Source: Candidatus Latescibacterota bacterium
Lineage (GTDB): Bacteria; Latescibacterota; UBA2968; GCA-2709665
Length of the DNA stretch: 64,000 nt
Assembly (NCBI GenBank): GCA_021295655.1
Contig: JAGWBX010000013.1
Span: 876-64,875 of the forward strand
Reading direction: 5' to 3'
The notes beneath the pieces are model-generated. The model made no database searches, was not told the DNA's origin, and saw only the letters and a list, made by a program, of their open reading frames with translations. The translations under genes were made by a program, and so were the position numbers. Positions 9,608 to 20,126 of the stretch are shown here, in pieces (position 1 is the first letter of the stretch; each line of letters starts with the position of its first letter).

Positions 9608-10477
9608 ATGATTAACATTGGAATTGTCGGCGCGGAGAACAGCCATACTGTCGCCATTTCGAAGACGCTGAACATCGACAAAAAGGTACCGGGCTGCCGC
9701 GTCACCCACGTGTGGGGCGAAGCCGCCCGGTACGCCAGGGACGCCCAGGACCGGGGACAGATTCCGAATATCGTCGAGACCCCCGAAGACATGATCGGTC
9801 AGGTCGACGCCGCGTGCGTGGATCATCGCGACGCGAAATACCACCTGCCCGCGGTATGGCCGCTGATCGAAGCCGGCATCCCGGTATTCGTGGACAAGCC
9901 GTTCTGTTATCGGGTTGAGGAGGGACGGCGCTTCCTGGATCGCGCGTCGGAACTCGGGGTCCCCGTCTGTTCCTTCTCGGTGTTACCCCGGCAGGAGTCC
10001 TTCCGCCAGCTTAAGGAGGACATCGCAGGATTGGGCCGGGTCGCCTCCGTGGTCACAACCGGGCCGTGCGACATCGAATCCGAGTGGGGCGGCGTTTTCT
10101 TCTATGGCATCCACCAGGTGGACATGGCCGTGCGACTGCTCGACAACGACGTTACCCACGCGCAGGTCAACCTGGGCGGGAACAACCATACCGGCACCCT
10201 CTATTCGTCCAGCGGCGCCATATCCACGCTCAATCTTTTCACCGAAGGGCACAGCGCCTTCCACGTCTCCGTTATCTGCGAGAAAGGACGCGTGGATCGC
10301 ACCATCGGGTACGACGAGAATCCGTATCTGGGCGGCGCCAGGGCCTTTTGCGACATGTTCAAGACCGGTAACACCGATGAAACCCGCGAGTCGATGCTCA
10401 TGCCGGTCGCCGTACTGGAAGCGCTGGAAAATTCCATCAGCCGGAAAACGAAAATCGAGGTCCCGTCCATCGGATAG
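9608..10477 (+). CDS. Gfo/Idh/MocA family oxidoreductase
   Basis: IGIVGAENSH, FVDKP and FYGIH motifs; AAGGAG RBS. Confidence 0.85.
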   Translation: MINIGIVGAENSHTVAISKTLNIDKKVPGCRVTHVWGEAARYARDAQDRGQIPNIVETPEDMIGQVDAACVDHRDAKYHLPAVWPLIEAGIPVFVDKPFCYRVEEGRRFLDRASELGVPVCSFSVLPRQESFRQLKEDIAGLGRVASVVTTGPCDIESEWGGVFFYGIHQVDMAVRLLDNDVTHAQVNLGGNNHTGTLYSSSGAISTLNLFTEGHSAFHVSVICEKGRVDRTIGYDENPYLGGARAFCDMFKTGNTDETRESMLMPVAVLEALENSISRKTKIEVPSIG

Positions 10478-10564
10478 CCCGGACCGGCGGAACCCGTCAG
10501 GCGTGACTCGGCGCCGCCCGGTGGAATCCGCGCGATCGGGCCCACGGGGATTCAGGGACGGGTT

Positions 10565-11608
10565 TCAGTTTCCCGTTGCTTCCGAAAAGACCCTGAGGTG
10601 ATTCCCGCCGAGAATCTTACGGACATCGCCCTCCGGGTAACCCCTCGCCAGCAATCCCTCGGAAATCCGCGGAAACGAGGTTGCGTCGTCCAGCAGCGTA
10701 CCCCCGCCGTCGAAGTCGGATCCGATGCCCACGTGGTCCGCGCCGACCAGTTGAACCGCGTGGTCGACGTGGTCGAGGAGGCGGTTGAATGAGGGCGCTG
10801 ACTTATCGACAAAACGGGGCACAAACGTGATGCCCATCGAACCGCCATTCTTCGCCAGAGCCCTGATCTGTTCATTGCTCAGGTTCCTCGGATGGTCGCA
10901 CACGCCCTTGCAATTGCTGTGGGAAGCGATCACCGGCCTTTGCGATACGTCCATCACATCCCAGAATCCTGTTTCGCTGATGTGAGAAACGTCCACCAGC
11001 ATTCCCAGGACATTCATTGCTTCCACAAGCCGCACGCCGAAACGCGTGAGCCCGCCCCGGCTGCGGGCTTCGGCATTTCCATCCGCGGCAAGGCTGCTGA
11101 CATCGTGCGTCAGGCCGATCGAACGCACGCCCACCCTGTACAGCATGCGAAGCACGTTTACACTGCCCTCTACCCCGTCGCTGTTTTCGATCGCAAGCAC
11201 GACCGCCAGTTTGCCGTCCTGCTTTGCACGCATAATGTCGCCGGCGGATTTCGCCAGGACCACGTCGTCCCCGTGCATTTCCAGTTCCGAGTCGAAAAAC
11301 CCGATTGCATCAAGTGCATAGGTCAGATGGTTCTTCACGGCAAGTGTGACGTCAACGGCGAAGAAGGCAGCGTCCAGACCTCCCTTTCGCATTTTCGGAA
11401 AATCGATCTGTACCGGGGATTCCAGGGCGGGCCTGTCCAGGCGCCCTCGTAATCCGGCCACACTGGCTAACCGGCGGTCTCCGTCGGGCGGTGGACTGCC
11501 GGAGAATCCCAGATTCCCCCGGCGAATGTGGTTGACGATCGCATCGTTGTGCGAATCGATCACCAGGGCGTCTCGATGCAGCCGTGCGGCGTCATTCCGG
11601 TCAGTCAT
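10565..11608 (-). CDS. membrane dipeptidase (peptidase M19)
   Basis: DSHND, LVDVSH, IASHSN, HPRN and GIGSDFDG motifs. Confidence 0.93.
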   Translation of the reverse strand: MTDRNDAARLHRDALVIDSHNDAIVNHIRRGNLGFSGSPPPDGDRRLASVAGLRGRLDRPALESPVQIDFPKMRKGGLDAAFFAVDVTLAVKNHLTYALDAIGFFDSELEMHGDDVVLAKSAGDIMRAKQDGKLAVVLAIENSDGVEGSVNVLRMLYRVGVRSIGLTHDVSSLAADGNAEARSRGGLTRFGVRLVEAMNVLGMLVDVSHISETGFWDVMDVSQRPVIASHSNCKGVCDHPRNLSNEQIRALAKNGGSMGITFVPRFVDKSAPSFNRLLDHVDHAVQLVGADHVGIGSDFDGGGTLLDDATSFPRISEGLLARGYPEGDVRKILGGNHLRVFSEATGN

Positions 11609-11705
11609 GAAGAACCCTCCTCAAACCTTGATTCGTGTGCGCTACGGGCGCCCCATCCGGTGCTGCAAACCGGCAGTCTGCGGCACGGTCGACGGCATGC
11701 GTCCG

Positions 11706-12986
11706 TCAGAAATAATAACTCACCGACACGAAACCCAGCGTTGGAAACGGACCGAACTCCGAAGGCACGTCAATCGAAACCGGGGATGAAGACACGCCTG
11801 AGCCCCTGCCATGCCCGAACAGCACGCCGCCGGAGATGGACCCATTCTGACAGACGCCGTACTCAAACGCAGCCGACATAAACGCCGACCGGTCCGTCAG
11901 GTTGCACAAAGCGGTCAGACGAACCGACCAGAGTGGTGTAAGTTGCCACGCCAGACCTGGCGCAACGTAGTGCCTCCCCAGCAGGAACACGCCCCCCGCC
12001 AAATAGGTCCGGTCCTCAAGGAGCGTGTGATAGTCTCGTGTGCGTGAAGCTCCGGCGCCGTTCAGGTGATATTCCAGGGTTCCGTAGACGCCGTTTGAGA
12101 ATCGATGATCGAGTCCTGTCGAGATCCGCGGAAACGACCGGCCGTCGGGTTTTCGGATCCACGCCGCCTCCACCCAGGCCCCGGCGTCTCCAAGCGGTCC
12201 GGCCACGTCCAGGCCCAGAAGCAGATGATCCCGGAACCCCATTGCCGTCACGTATACGTCGGCGCCGTGCGAAACGAAGCGGCCGCGAACAAAGCCGGCG
12301 CCGCTTTGCGTCGAAAAGTCTCGCCCGGGAACAAACCCCGCGTCCAGTTCCCCCATTATTCCAACCGGCACCCGCAACCGGATTGCATCCACACCCACGC
12401 GTTCTTCCTTGTCCAGCACTTCCGGAGAAAAGGGCGCGACGACGTCGGTTGGATTCACCGCTCGCGCCGAACCGAAAGCAACGACCTGCCGGCCAACGTA
12501 GACATCCGCGTGCGGCAGCGAAACCGTCACCACGGCCCGGTCCAGATTCTGTGTCATCGTAAAACCGCGGCCCGTGCCGTCGATGCGGGGATACAGTCTG
12601 GTTTCGAGATCTCGCACCCGGTAATCGAACAGCGCGCTCGACGGCAACCACGGCGTTGCCGGGGAAGGCGCACCGGTGGCTCTTGCGGACAGTTCGTACG
12701 CGAACTCGCCCGACACCTCCCGGGCCGGACGCCAGACCAGCTTCAGGCGAACCCGGTTCAACCACATCCTGCGGGATTCCGGTTTCCGGATTTCAGGGAC
12801 GGACACCCTTTGTTGCAACATGGCAAAGGACTTCGCGTATCCGCTCAGCCTGAATCGCCCTTCGTCCGTCGACCCCCTCGTCGGGTTCAGAGCCAAAAGA
12901 ACCAGACAACACAGGAACAACCCATGCGCAGACGGGCAAAACCCTCTAAGCCCCGCTCCGGGTGACATCCTGTACAAGGCTTCCAT
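11706..12986 (-). CDS. putative outer-membrane beta-barrel associated with the ABC cluster
   Basis: Hydrophobic signal-like segment, 'LDRA...VGRQ...G...NPTD' motif, amphipathic strands and C-terminal YYF; start uncertain. Confidence 0.7.
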   Translation of the reverse strand: MEALYRMSPGAGLRGFCPSAHGLFLCCLVLLALNPTRGSTDEGRFRLSGYAKSFAMLQQRVSVPEIRKPESRRMWLNRVRLKLVWRPAREVSGEFAYELSARATGAPSPATPWLPSSALFDYRVRDLETRLYPRIDGTGRGFTMTQNLDRAVVTVSLPHADVYVGRQVVAFGSARAVNPTDVVAPFSPEVLDKEERVGVDAIRLRVPVGIMGELDAGFVPGRDFSTQSGAGFVRGRFVSHGADVYVTAMGFRDHLLLGLDVAGPLGDAGAWVEAAWIRKPDGRSFPRISTGLDHRFSNGVYGTLEYHLNGAGASRTRDYHTLLEDRTYLAGGVFLLGRHYVAPGLAWQLTPLWSVRLTALCNLTDRSAFMSAAFEYGVCQNGSISGGVLFGHGRGSGVSSSPVSIDVPSEFGPFPTLGFVSVSYYF

Positions 12987-13650
12987 CCCTCAGCACCACC
13001 AGCCGTTTCGCCCGATCCATAATCATTCGATCGTGCGATGAAAACAGGAAGGTCATCCGACGGCTTTCGTTCAGTTCCCTCATCAGATCCAGCAGCGCGC
13101 CGCCGGTGGCCGAATCCAGATTGGCCGTGGGCTCGTCCGCAAGAATCAGGTCCGGCCGCGAGACCATCGCCCGGGCGACCGCCACCCGTTGCTGCTGCCC
13201 GCCCGAGAGCTGGGGAGGTCGCCGGTCCTCCATCCCCTCCAGGCCAACAGTAGACAGCATCTCCCGCACGCGTTCCCGGCGGGCGCGGCGCGACACGCCC
13301 TGCAGCAGCAGTATGTATTCGATGTTCTCCAGCACCGTGAGTACAGGGATCAAATTGAATGCCTGGAAAATAAACCCGATATGGTCGCGGCGAAAATCGG
13401 AAAGTACGCGTCCACTCATCTCGCTGATGGGCGTACCCGCAAGGCTCACCCGACCGGCGGTGGGGGTATCCAGTCCACTCAGGATATTCAGCAACGTGGA
13501 TTTCCCGGATCCCGACGGTCCCGCGACCGCGGTGAACTCACCTCGTACAACTTTGAGGTCCACGGACTTCAACGCCGATACGCTTATCTCCCCGACGCGG
13601 TAGACCTTGCTCACGCCTTCCGCTTCAATCAACACGGAATCGCCGGTCAC
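12946..13650 (-). CDS. ABC transporter ATP-binding protein (LolD/MacB type)
   Basis: GPSGSGKST, LSGGQQQRVAVARA and ADEPTANLD motifs; GTG 13650 with GGGAG RBS preferred over 13668. Confidence 0.93.
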   Translation of the reverse strand: MTGDSVLIEAEGVSKVYRVGEISVSALKSVDLKVVRGEFTAVAGPSGSGKSTLLNILSGLDTPTAGRVSLAGTPISEMSGRVLSDFRRDHIGFIFQAFNLIPVLTVLENIEYILLLQGVSRRARRERVREMLSTVGLEGMEDRRPPQLSGGQQQRVAVARAMVSRPDLILADEPTANLDSATGGALLDLMRELNESRRMTFLFSSHDRMIMDRAKRLVVLRDGSLVQDVTRSGA

Positions 13651-13678
13651 GCAACACTCCCATTCCACCGGTTCGCAT

Positions 13679-14905
13679 TCATTCGTACGTCTTCATCGCA
13701 TGCGCGGGTTTCAGCCGGGCGGCGTAGACGGCAGGATAGATCCCGGCGACGAGCGTAAACAGAAACACGCACGTCGGAAACAGGACGAACTGCTCCAACC
13801 GAAGGACCGGATAAATCATCTCCCTCAGGGTCACGCCCGCAAACTCAATGCCCGCGTAATCGATCCCCCGAATGGAATACAGGAACGTCACGACGAATCC
13901 GATACAGCATCCGATCAGGATGCTGAACAACGAAAGTGCGCCCGCCTCGAACAGAATCATCATCGCCATACGCCCCGGACGCGTGCCCACGGCCCGGAGT
14001 ACCCCGTACTCGAACATCCGTTCGTGAAGCGACATGAACAGGGTGTTTACAATGCCCAACGACACCACCGCAAACAGGATGACGCCTACAATCAACGATG
14101 AGAATCCGGACATATCCAGAACCGCGCTGAGCTGGGGCATCAGCTCCCGCCAGCTTCGGGCTTCGTTTCCGCTTTGCGAATATCGGGACCAGAAACCGGC
14201 GTCCGTTGCTTCGTTTCCCGAAAACCCCTTGAAATGCACGGCAATCTCGTGCACCTCACCTGGAAGTCCGAGCAGACGTTGCACCGTCTCAATATGCGCG
14301 AAGCCCACCCCGCCATCCAGTTCCCGGACATTAAAGTGGAATATCCCACCCACCCGGAACATATCCTGGGCCAATTCGCCGGATTCCGCCTCCGCCGCCG
14401 TCACCACCACCCGGTCGCCCAGACCAATCTCCAGCGCTTCCGCCAGTTTCGACCCCAGCAGGATCTTTCGCCGGTCGTTCCGCTCGAGGAACGACCCTTC
14501 CACGATGGCTTCGTCAACCCTTGAGAATACCCGCTCCAGGCCGGGGTCGACCCCGTAAAGCAGCACGGTGCCGGAAGTGGCCGGGGAGGCCAGCATTCCG
14601 GGCGTCTGCACCCGCAGTGAAATACGTTCCACTTCCGGTTCGGACTTCAGGCGCTCCAGCACGCCGGGCAGTTCCCTCACGACCCGCGCCAGGTCGCGGG
14701 TCCTCGTGAAACCCTCCGCGTGTACCTGGCCGTGCCCCATGAACGTGTCGGTCGCAATCCGTACAATGGAGTCGGACATCCCGATCATCAGACCGTCGGT
14801 AAAGATCAACGCCGCCAACCCGATACCGATGGCGAGCCCGGCCAGCAACGTCCGTCGTGCGTTTCGAAAGGAATTCATCCAGGCTATTTTCATTAAAAAC
14901 AACAT
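13679..14905 (-). CDS. ABC transporter permease (FtsX/LolC-E type)
   Basis: N-terminal TM, periplasmic MacB domain, 'ERMFEYGVLRAVG' and three C-terminal TMs. Confidence 0.9.
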   Translation of the reverse strand: MLFLMKIAWMNSFRNARRTLLAGLAIGIGLAALIFTDGLMIGMSDSIVRIATDTFMGHGQVHAEGFTRTRDLARVVRELPGVLERLKSEPEVERISLRVQTPGMLASPATSGTVLLYGVDPGLERVFSRVDEAIVEGSFLERNDRRKILLGSKLAEALEIGLGDRVVVTAAEAESGELAQDMFRVGGIFHFNVRELDGGVGFAHIETVQRLLGLPGEVHEIAVHFKGFSGNEATDAGFWSRYSQSGNEARSWRELMPQLSAVLDMSGFSSLIVGVILFAVVSLGIVNTLFMSLHERMFEYGVLRAVGTRPGRMAMMILFEAGALSLFSILIGCCIGFVVTFLYSIRGIDYAGIEFAGVTLREMIYPVLRLEQFVLFPTCVFLFTLVAGIYPAVYAARLKPAHAMKTYE

Positions 14906-14993
14906 GATGTATTCCTTTAGACGGAACCTCGGATCGCCTGCGTCAATCCAGACGCGCCGTGGGTTCCCGGGTCGGGGCTCGTACAGTCCATCC

Positions 14994-16214
14994 TCAATGG
15001 GTCCGCATCGCCCGTGCAGGCGCGACGCTTGCCGCGCGCGTCGCCGGGATCAGACTCACAAGAACGGCGGTGCCGAAGGTCAACACCGCCGGTATCCAGA
15101 CCGACCTGAACGAAACCATACTGATCAGACGATCGAATACATAGCCGCCGTATTCCACGGGCGTCGGGTAGGCGATGCCGTGTTTCGCCAGGGTCGCGTT
15201 GCAGATCGTGCCCAGAACCCCGCCGATCAGCGCACCGACGACCGACAGACATGCGGTCTCTCCCAGGATCAGGAGAAACACGGTTGCCGGCCGCGTACCC
15301 AGAGCCCGCAACACGCCGAATTCACGTGTGCGCTCCATTATGGCCATCAGTACGGTATTCAGCACGCCGATGGCCACGATCAGGTTGATGATACCCAGCG
15401 AGATCCACATCCCCTGGAGGTCGGCCTGCATCGCCCGGTAAAACGCGCTTTCTACCACCTGCCACGGCGAGACCTCGAACGAGCCGCCGGTCAGGAGGCC
15501 CTCCAGCTGACTGGCGGTACGCACCGACGCCGATGGGTCCGTAAGCACGGCCGCCACTTCGTGAACGCGTCGACCCAGTTCGAGGAAATGCTGCGCCTCT
15601 TCGAGGTGCATGTAACAGGCCACGCGCTGGTACGGATCCCTGTCGTCGCCCACGATACCCACAACGCGGTAGACGTCGTTGGCGATGGATCCGTCCGCTG
15701 CCTGCCCGATCAATATCACCTCATCGCCAGTGTTTGCGTCTAACGACTGTGCCAGTCCATGGCCCAGCATCACCTCCGGCCCGGAACGGACGGTCAGAAA
15801 CCGGCCTTCGCGCACTTTCAATCTGAGACGGGTTGTCCTTGCCTCACGGCCGGGCAAAACGCCCACAATCCGCGCGCCCGAGGTCTTGTTTCCCGCCGCG
15901 GCCAGAACGGGAGAATACACCCTGGGCGTCCATGCCTCGACAACGTCCAACGACTCGACGGTCGCCCCCACCCGGTCCGGATCGTCAATGGTATTGTAAA
16001 GCGTGGGTCTGTCGAGATAGCCTTCACCATGAATTTGAACGTGGCCTGTCCGGTCTCTGGTGAACGCATCGATCAGCCCCAGGTAGGTGCCGTCCGAAAT
16101 CCCGATGGACAGCGAGCACAGCGCAAAACCTCCCGCCATCGCCGCCAGGGTCAATACCGACCGCCGCCGCTGTCGAAAGAGATTCCGAAACGCGATTTTG
16201 AGCACCATGGTCAT
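14994..16214 (-). CDS. ABC transporter permease (FtsX/LolC-E type)
   Basis: 'AFRNLFRQRRRS' and 'ERTREFGVLRALG' motifs. Confidence 0.9.
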   Translation of the reverse strand: MTMVLKIAFRNLFRQRRRSVLTLAAMAGGFALCSLSIGISDGTYLGLIDAFTRDRTGHVQIHGEGYLDRPTLYNTIDDPDRVGATVESLDVVEAWTPRVYSPVLAAAGNKTSGARIVGVLPGREARTTRLRLKVREGRFLTVRSGPEVMLGHGLAQSLDANTGDEVILIGQAADGSIANDVYRVVGIVGDDRDPYQRVACYMHLEEAQHFLELGRRVHEVAAVLTDPSASVRTASQLEGLLTGGSFEVSPWQVVESAFYRAMQADLQGMWISLGIINLIVAIGVLNTVLMAIMERTREFGVLRALGTRPATVFLLILGETACLSVVGALIGGVLGTICNATLAKHGIAYPTPVEYGGYVFDRLISMVSFRSVWIPAVLTFGTAVLVSLIPATRAASVAPARAMRTH

Positions 16215-16326
16215 TTTTTCAGTTCACGTCCAAAGACCTGAAATATCCTGGTAATCCAACGTCAAATCGGCCTTCTCCACCCGGGTATATTTAATTTAAC
16301 GTCTCCGGAGAATCACGAATCAAGGT

Positions 16327-16352
16327 TTAACAGCCCGTTGGAAAAGTTCATC
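16327..16352 (+). mobile_element. MITE left-end remnant
   Basis: TTAACAGCCCGTTGGAAAAGTTCATC matches the left end of the 27712 element and contains the TGA stop of the LolA-like gene. Confidence 0.6.
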
Positions 16353-17100
16353 TGCGGCGCCGCAGATTCCGATGGCTGAACGTGTCCCCGGCCAGTGGCT
16401 GATCGAACCGTGCATCCAGATATCGTATCACCGTTCGGTGCCCCTCTTTCTTCAAAGGCTTCATTTCCAGCACCGCAGGCAAGGTTCGTCCTCCGAAATC
16501 CGAGGGATTCGTAAATGTCATTTCCCGCATCGGATTCCCGCGCTCGTCGAAATATACGTACGACAGCGGTATCAGATCGGACTTTCGTATCGTGAGTACG
16601 ATCCTGCCCCATACCGTGGGCGTCTCATCCCTGGGAGTCAGCACAATCTCGTACACGGCCTCGTTCCCCGGCGTCCCGAAGACGGGTCGGTAATCCGCTG
16701 CCAGCGAACTTTCCTTCACCAGGTCGTCATTCGTAAAATCCGAGCCCATCCAGGATCCCATCATCATCGAAGGCGGAACCTTGATCACTTTGTTGATTTT
16801 GGGAAAATAGTTCCACATCTCCGTGCCCACACGCAACGTCGCGGTTCCCGCCTCTTTCTTCGGCGCCAATATCGTGACAAAGGTCTTGCGCAACCCCTCA
16901 GTCCACATCTTCATCCGAAGCGTCCGCCGCCAGTGGGGAGTCCGGAGTTCCAATTCCAATTCGGCGAAACTGGTTTCGCTGCGGTACAACCGGTCCATGC
17001 GATCCACGAGCACCTGAATATCCCGGATCTCTTCCGCAAATCCGCTGCCTGCGCCCCCCAGAACCAGCCAGGCAAGAACGATCGCCCGCGTTGTGAACAT
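16348..17100 (-). CDS. outer-membrane lipoprotein-sorting protein (LolA-like)
   Basis: 'MWNYFPKINKVIKVPPSMMMGSWMGSDFTNDDL' signature; signal peptide from MFTTRAIVLAW; start trimmed. Confidence 0.85.
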   Translation of the reverse strand: MFTTRAIVLAWLVLGGAGSGFAEEIRDIQVLVDRMDRLYRSETSFAELELELRTPHWRRTLRMKMWTEGLRKTFVTILAPKKEAGTATLRVGTEMWNYFPKINKVIKVPPSMMMGSWMGSDFTNDDLVKESSLAADYRPVFGTPGNEAVYEIVLTPRDETPTVWGRIVLTIRKSDLIPLSYVYFDERGNPMREMTFTNPSDFGGRTLPAVLEMKPLKKEGHRTVIRYLDARFDQPLAGDTFSHRNLRRRR

Positions 17101-17164
17101 CCTATGCATCCTTCCCTTAAGGCGTCCGCCGCCTGGCCGTTCCATTGACCGGCCCGGCGAAGCG

Positions 17165-17923
17165 TTATCGCTTCCAGAATGGACTCGCAACGTCCGAGAA
17201 CCTCACCCGCCCGAAGTCGTCCGGGGCGTGAAACTGCGGCTCGGGCGTCCGGCTGGGGCACCACTGGCTGAACTGGGCGTTGGTTCTCCCGCCAAGCCGG
17301 TTCAGGTTCAGGTTCCAGACGTCACCGGGCGCCGGCGGCGTGTTTTTCGCAACGCCGGCGAAATTCTCAAACGGTATGGCAGCCTCGAGGACCCAGTACG
17401 AATCCGTATCCTCGTCGTCGTTCAACGTGCCGTTTATAAACGTTGAAACCTGAAGGCCCTGTACCCGCCAACCCGTGTCCACGACCTCGCCGGCGCCCCT
17501 GGGATTGAACCGGTCCAGGAAAATGCTCAGGACATTCATCTCGATATTGAAATAGACGTGCGGCTGGTCCGGATTCGGCGCTGTGAAGACCTCCACGCAG
17601 TCGTCATCGTACACGTCGCTGTTGCGCTCGGTGTGATCCGCCCAGATATGGGCGTCTTCACAGATATACGACACGTACAGATGGGTATCGTCCCAGAGCA
17701 TTTTGGCCACCGTCTGCTCCTGTTTGCCGCCGATGTACCACGGGAAGACGAACGCGCCCACGTCGGGCGCGGCCACCCACGCCGGTTCGTCCAGCCGTCC
17801 GTCGACCGTTATCGGGGTTCCGGCACGATAGATCGTGTAATTCGGCCGACTCTCGGCCTCGGCTGAATCCACCGTCATCAGGACCGCGGCAACCACAAGA
17901 CACCCCAGCAGAATCTCCATCAT
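17165..17923 (-). CDS. secreted carbohydrate-binding family 9-like (DOMON) protein
   Basis: Signal peptide; 'ITVDGRLDEPAW', 'LWDDTHLYV', 'DDCVEVF', 'WVLEAAIPF' and 'FHAPDDFG' motifs. Confidence 0.85.
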   Translation of the reverse strand: MMEILLGCLVVAAVLMTVDSAEAESRPNYTIYRAGTPITVDGRLDEPAWVAAPDVGAFVFPWYIGGKQEQTVAKMLWDDTHLYVSYICEDAHIWADHTERNSDVYDDDCVEVFTAPNPDQPHVYFNIEMNVLSIFLDRFNPRGAGEVVDTGWRVQGLQVSTFINGTLNDDEDTDSYWVLEAAIPFENFAGVAKNTPPAPGDVWNLNLNRLGGRTNAQFSQWCPSRTPEPQFHAPDDFGRVRFSDVASPFWKR

Positions 17924-17950
17924 CAGACCTCCTGTACTATCGATTCCCGG

Positions 17951-18727
17951 TTAACCGGTTCCCTCACACAACCCGCGCAAAAACGCGGCATCCGCCATCA
18001 AAGCGGCCTCGGGATCGTCCACCTTGACGAACTCGACTTCCAGGTACCCGTCGAAACCCGCCGCCGCGAGTTCCCGAACGACCGCGCGGTAGTCCACGTA
18101 ACCCGCCGATATCAGGCTGCGCGTGTTCCGCCCGGGCGTGGTATAGTTCTGCGCATGCACAGTTGCCACACGTGACGCCACCTGCCGCGCCACCTCAACG
18201 ACCCGGCCGGCGCTGTCCGTATACATCGGCTGGAAATTCAACAGGAAATTGGGCCGATCCACGCCCTCCACCAACCGCAGGCTGCCCCGGACCGTATCGC
18301 ACAGGTATCCCAGGTGCATTTCCAGAACAAGGCTCACGCCCCGGTCACCGGCGCAGTCCGCAAACCGGCGGAATCCGGAGATCACCTTCTGCCAGTCCTC
18401 GTCTGTCGCCTCGCTCGAACCGCAGGACCCCGCCCAGACCCGGATTTTGTCCGTACCCAGATCGGATGCGGTATCCAGTCCCTCCGCCATCTCCCTCTCA
18501 AAGCCTGGCGAGACCGGATTGATGTACGATCCGTACTGCGATACGTCCAGCCCTCGCTCCCGAATGGCCCGGGCCATCCGCCGGTTTTCCGCCGCGTTAT
18601 ACGAACCGGGCATATGATCGGGTTTCCCCCACGGCTCGACACCATCGAATCCGGCCCGGACCGCAAGGGTCAGGACGTCCTCGAACTTCCTGTCCTGGAA
18701 AGCAATCGTACACAGCGCAGTCTTCAT
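17951..18727 (-). CDS. sugar phosphate isomerase/epimerase (AP endonuclease 2 TIM barrel)
   Basis: AGFDGVE, IRVWAG, LVLEMH and GFDGYLEVEF motifs; start trimmed to MKTALC. Confidence 0.88.
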   Translation of the reverse strand: MKTALCTIAFQDRKFEDVLTLAVRAGFDGVEPWGKPDHMPGSYNAAENRRMARAIRERGLDVSQYGSYINPVSPGFEREMAEGLDTASDLGTDKIRVWAGSCGSSEATDEDWQKVISGFRRFADCAGDRGVSLVLEMHLGYLCDTVRGSLRLVEGVDRPNFLLNFQPMYTDSAGRVVEVARQVASRVATVHAQNYTTPGRNTRSLISAGYVDYRAVVRELAAAGFDGYLEVEFVKVDDPEAALMADAAFLRGLCEGTG

Positions 18728-18740
18728 CGTCACGTCTCCC

Positions 18741-18870
18741 AACCGCCCGTTGACAGAGTCCATCCGGGCTACCTGCCTGTGCGGTGCACGCAGACAGACG
18801 GCCGTCCCTGGCGGTCTAAATACTGCGTTGCCCGGCCTCGCCTGCAGAGCGACTCGATCAACGGACTGCT
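18741..18870 (+). mobile_element. degenerate MITE copy with internal deletion
   Basis: CCGCCCGTTGACAGAGTCCATCCGGGCTACCTGCCTGTGCGGTGCACGCAGACAG...CCTCGCCTGCAGAGCGACTCGATCAACGGACTG aligns to both ends of the 27712 element. Confidence 0.8.
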
Positions 18871-19078
18871 GTGAAATTGACCCATAATACCCCGGCCACG
18901 ATCCGATGTCAAACCGAATGATGGCATCAGGATGCGATTCGATGGACCGGATGTCGCGTTGGTTCCCTGCGAACGGAAACCCCGTTCCGTGTCCGGACGA
19001 ACGGTTCACCGCCAGTAAATGCGGGCCGGACGGGAAAAGATCCCCGGAATGCCGCGCTTACGGGAATCAACGATCCGG

Positions 19079-19107
19079 TTGACAGAGACGCGGTCCTTTT
19101 TTACTTT
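19079..19107 (+). promoter_or_regulatory. sigma-70-type promoter
   Basis: TTGACA-N17-TACTTT. Confidence 0.6.
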
Positions 19108-19222
19108 AGCCGGAAGCAGCGGAACCCCGGCGCCCGGACCCGATCCGTCCTCATTTTCGCGAAGGATACGGCAGGATGGGTTCTCTGAACAACTGGCAAA
19201 ATCGATATCGGGAAGGAAGGAA

Positions 19223-20062
19223 ATGGACCGGTTCAAATTCGGAATTCTGGAAGACGTAATTCAGTCGGACTGGGTGGACGTGTACCCGAAAGCGAAAGCG
19301 CTCGGTTACGACGGCGTTGAGCTGGGGGTTCGGGCAAGCACGTATCGTGCCTCCGACCTCTGGAACGATGAAGGCATCGACACCCTGGGACGGCGCGCGG
19401 AATCGGCGGGCGTGACGATCTTCTCCGTGTGTCTGCACACGTTCTGGCATTTCACCTTTGCCGACCCCGACGTGGCGAACCGCTTCATGGCCAAACAGAT
19501 CGTGTACCAGGCCATTCATGCATGTAACGTCCTGGGAATCCGAACCATACTCATTCCAGTCACGAATCCGCTGGGGTTGCCCCACCGCGAGGCAGCCCAT
19601 CGCTGGGCCTACGAAACCCGTGCCGTTGCCTCCCAGGCGGCCTCCCGGGGCATCCACATCGGACTGGAGAACGTTGGGCGCAGCCACGTCGTGACCGGTG
19701 AACAGATGTTGGAACTGATTGAAGCGGTGGACAATCCGTACGTTGGCGCCTACTTCGACGTCGGCAACGCGCAGATGCTGGGCAGCAACTCCGTCGCGGA
19801 CGTCCACACGCTGGGAGACCGGATTGTACAGGTCCACATCAAGGATCCGCGAACCGACCGGACGCCCTGTTACGTCGGCGAGGGCGACATCGATCTGGAA
19901 GGATGCCTCAGAGCATTGAACGAAGTGGGATACAGGGGCCCGCTCGTCTTCGAAACGCCCCCCATGGAAGACGCGCTGTCAACCGCGGAACGCAACCTGA
20001 GAACTCTGAAATCCCTGGTCGATACGGCCGCCGTGGAACCGAACCGTAACGTGAATTCGTAA
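19223..20062 (+). CDS. sugar phosphate isomerase/epimerase (L-ribulose-5-P 3-epimerase-like TIM barrel)
   Basis: GYDGVEL, IGLENV, YFDVGN, VHIKD and LVFE motifs; GGAAGG RBS before ATG 19223. Confidence 0.88.
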   Translation: MDRFKFGILEDVIQSDWVDVYPKAKALGYDGVELGVRASTYRASDLWNDEGIDTLGRRAESAGVTIFSVCLHTFWHFTFADPDVANRFMAKQIVYQAIHACNVLGIRTILIPVTNPLGLPHREAAHRWAYETRAVASQAASRGIHIGLENVGRSHVVTGEQMLELIEAVDNPYVGAYFDVGNAQMLGSNSVADVHTLGDRIVQVHIKDPRTDRTPCYVGEGDIDLEGCLRALNEVGYRGPLVFETPPMEDALSTAERNLRTLKSLVDTAAVEPNRNVNS

Positions 20063-20126
20063 ACGCGCCCGGAAAAAAAGGCCCGCAACAGTTTTCGGAG
20101 CGTTTCGGCCGGCGGGATTCCTCCTT

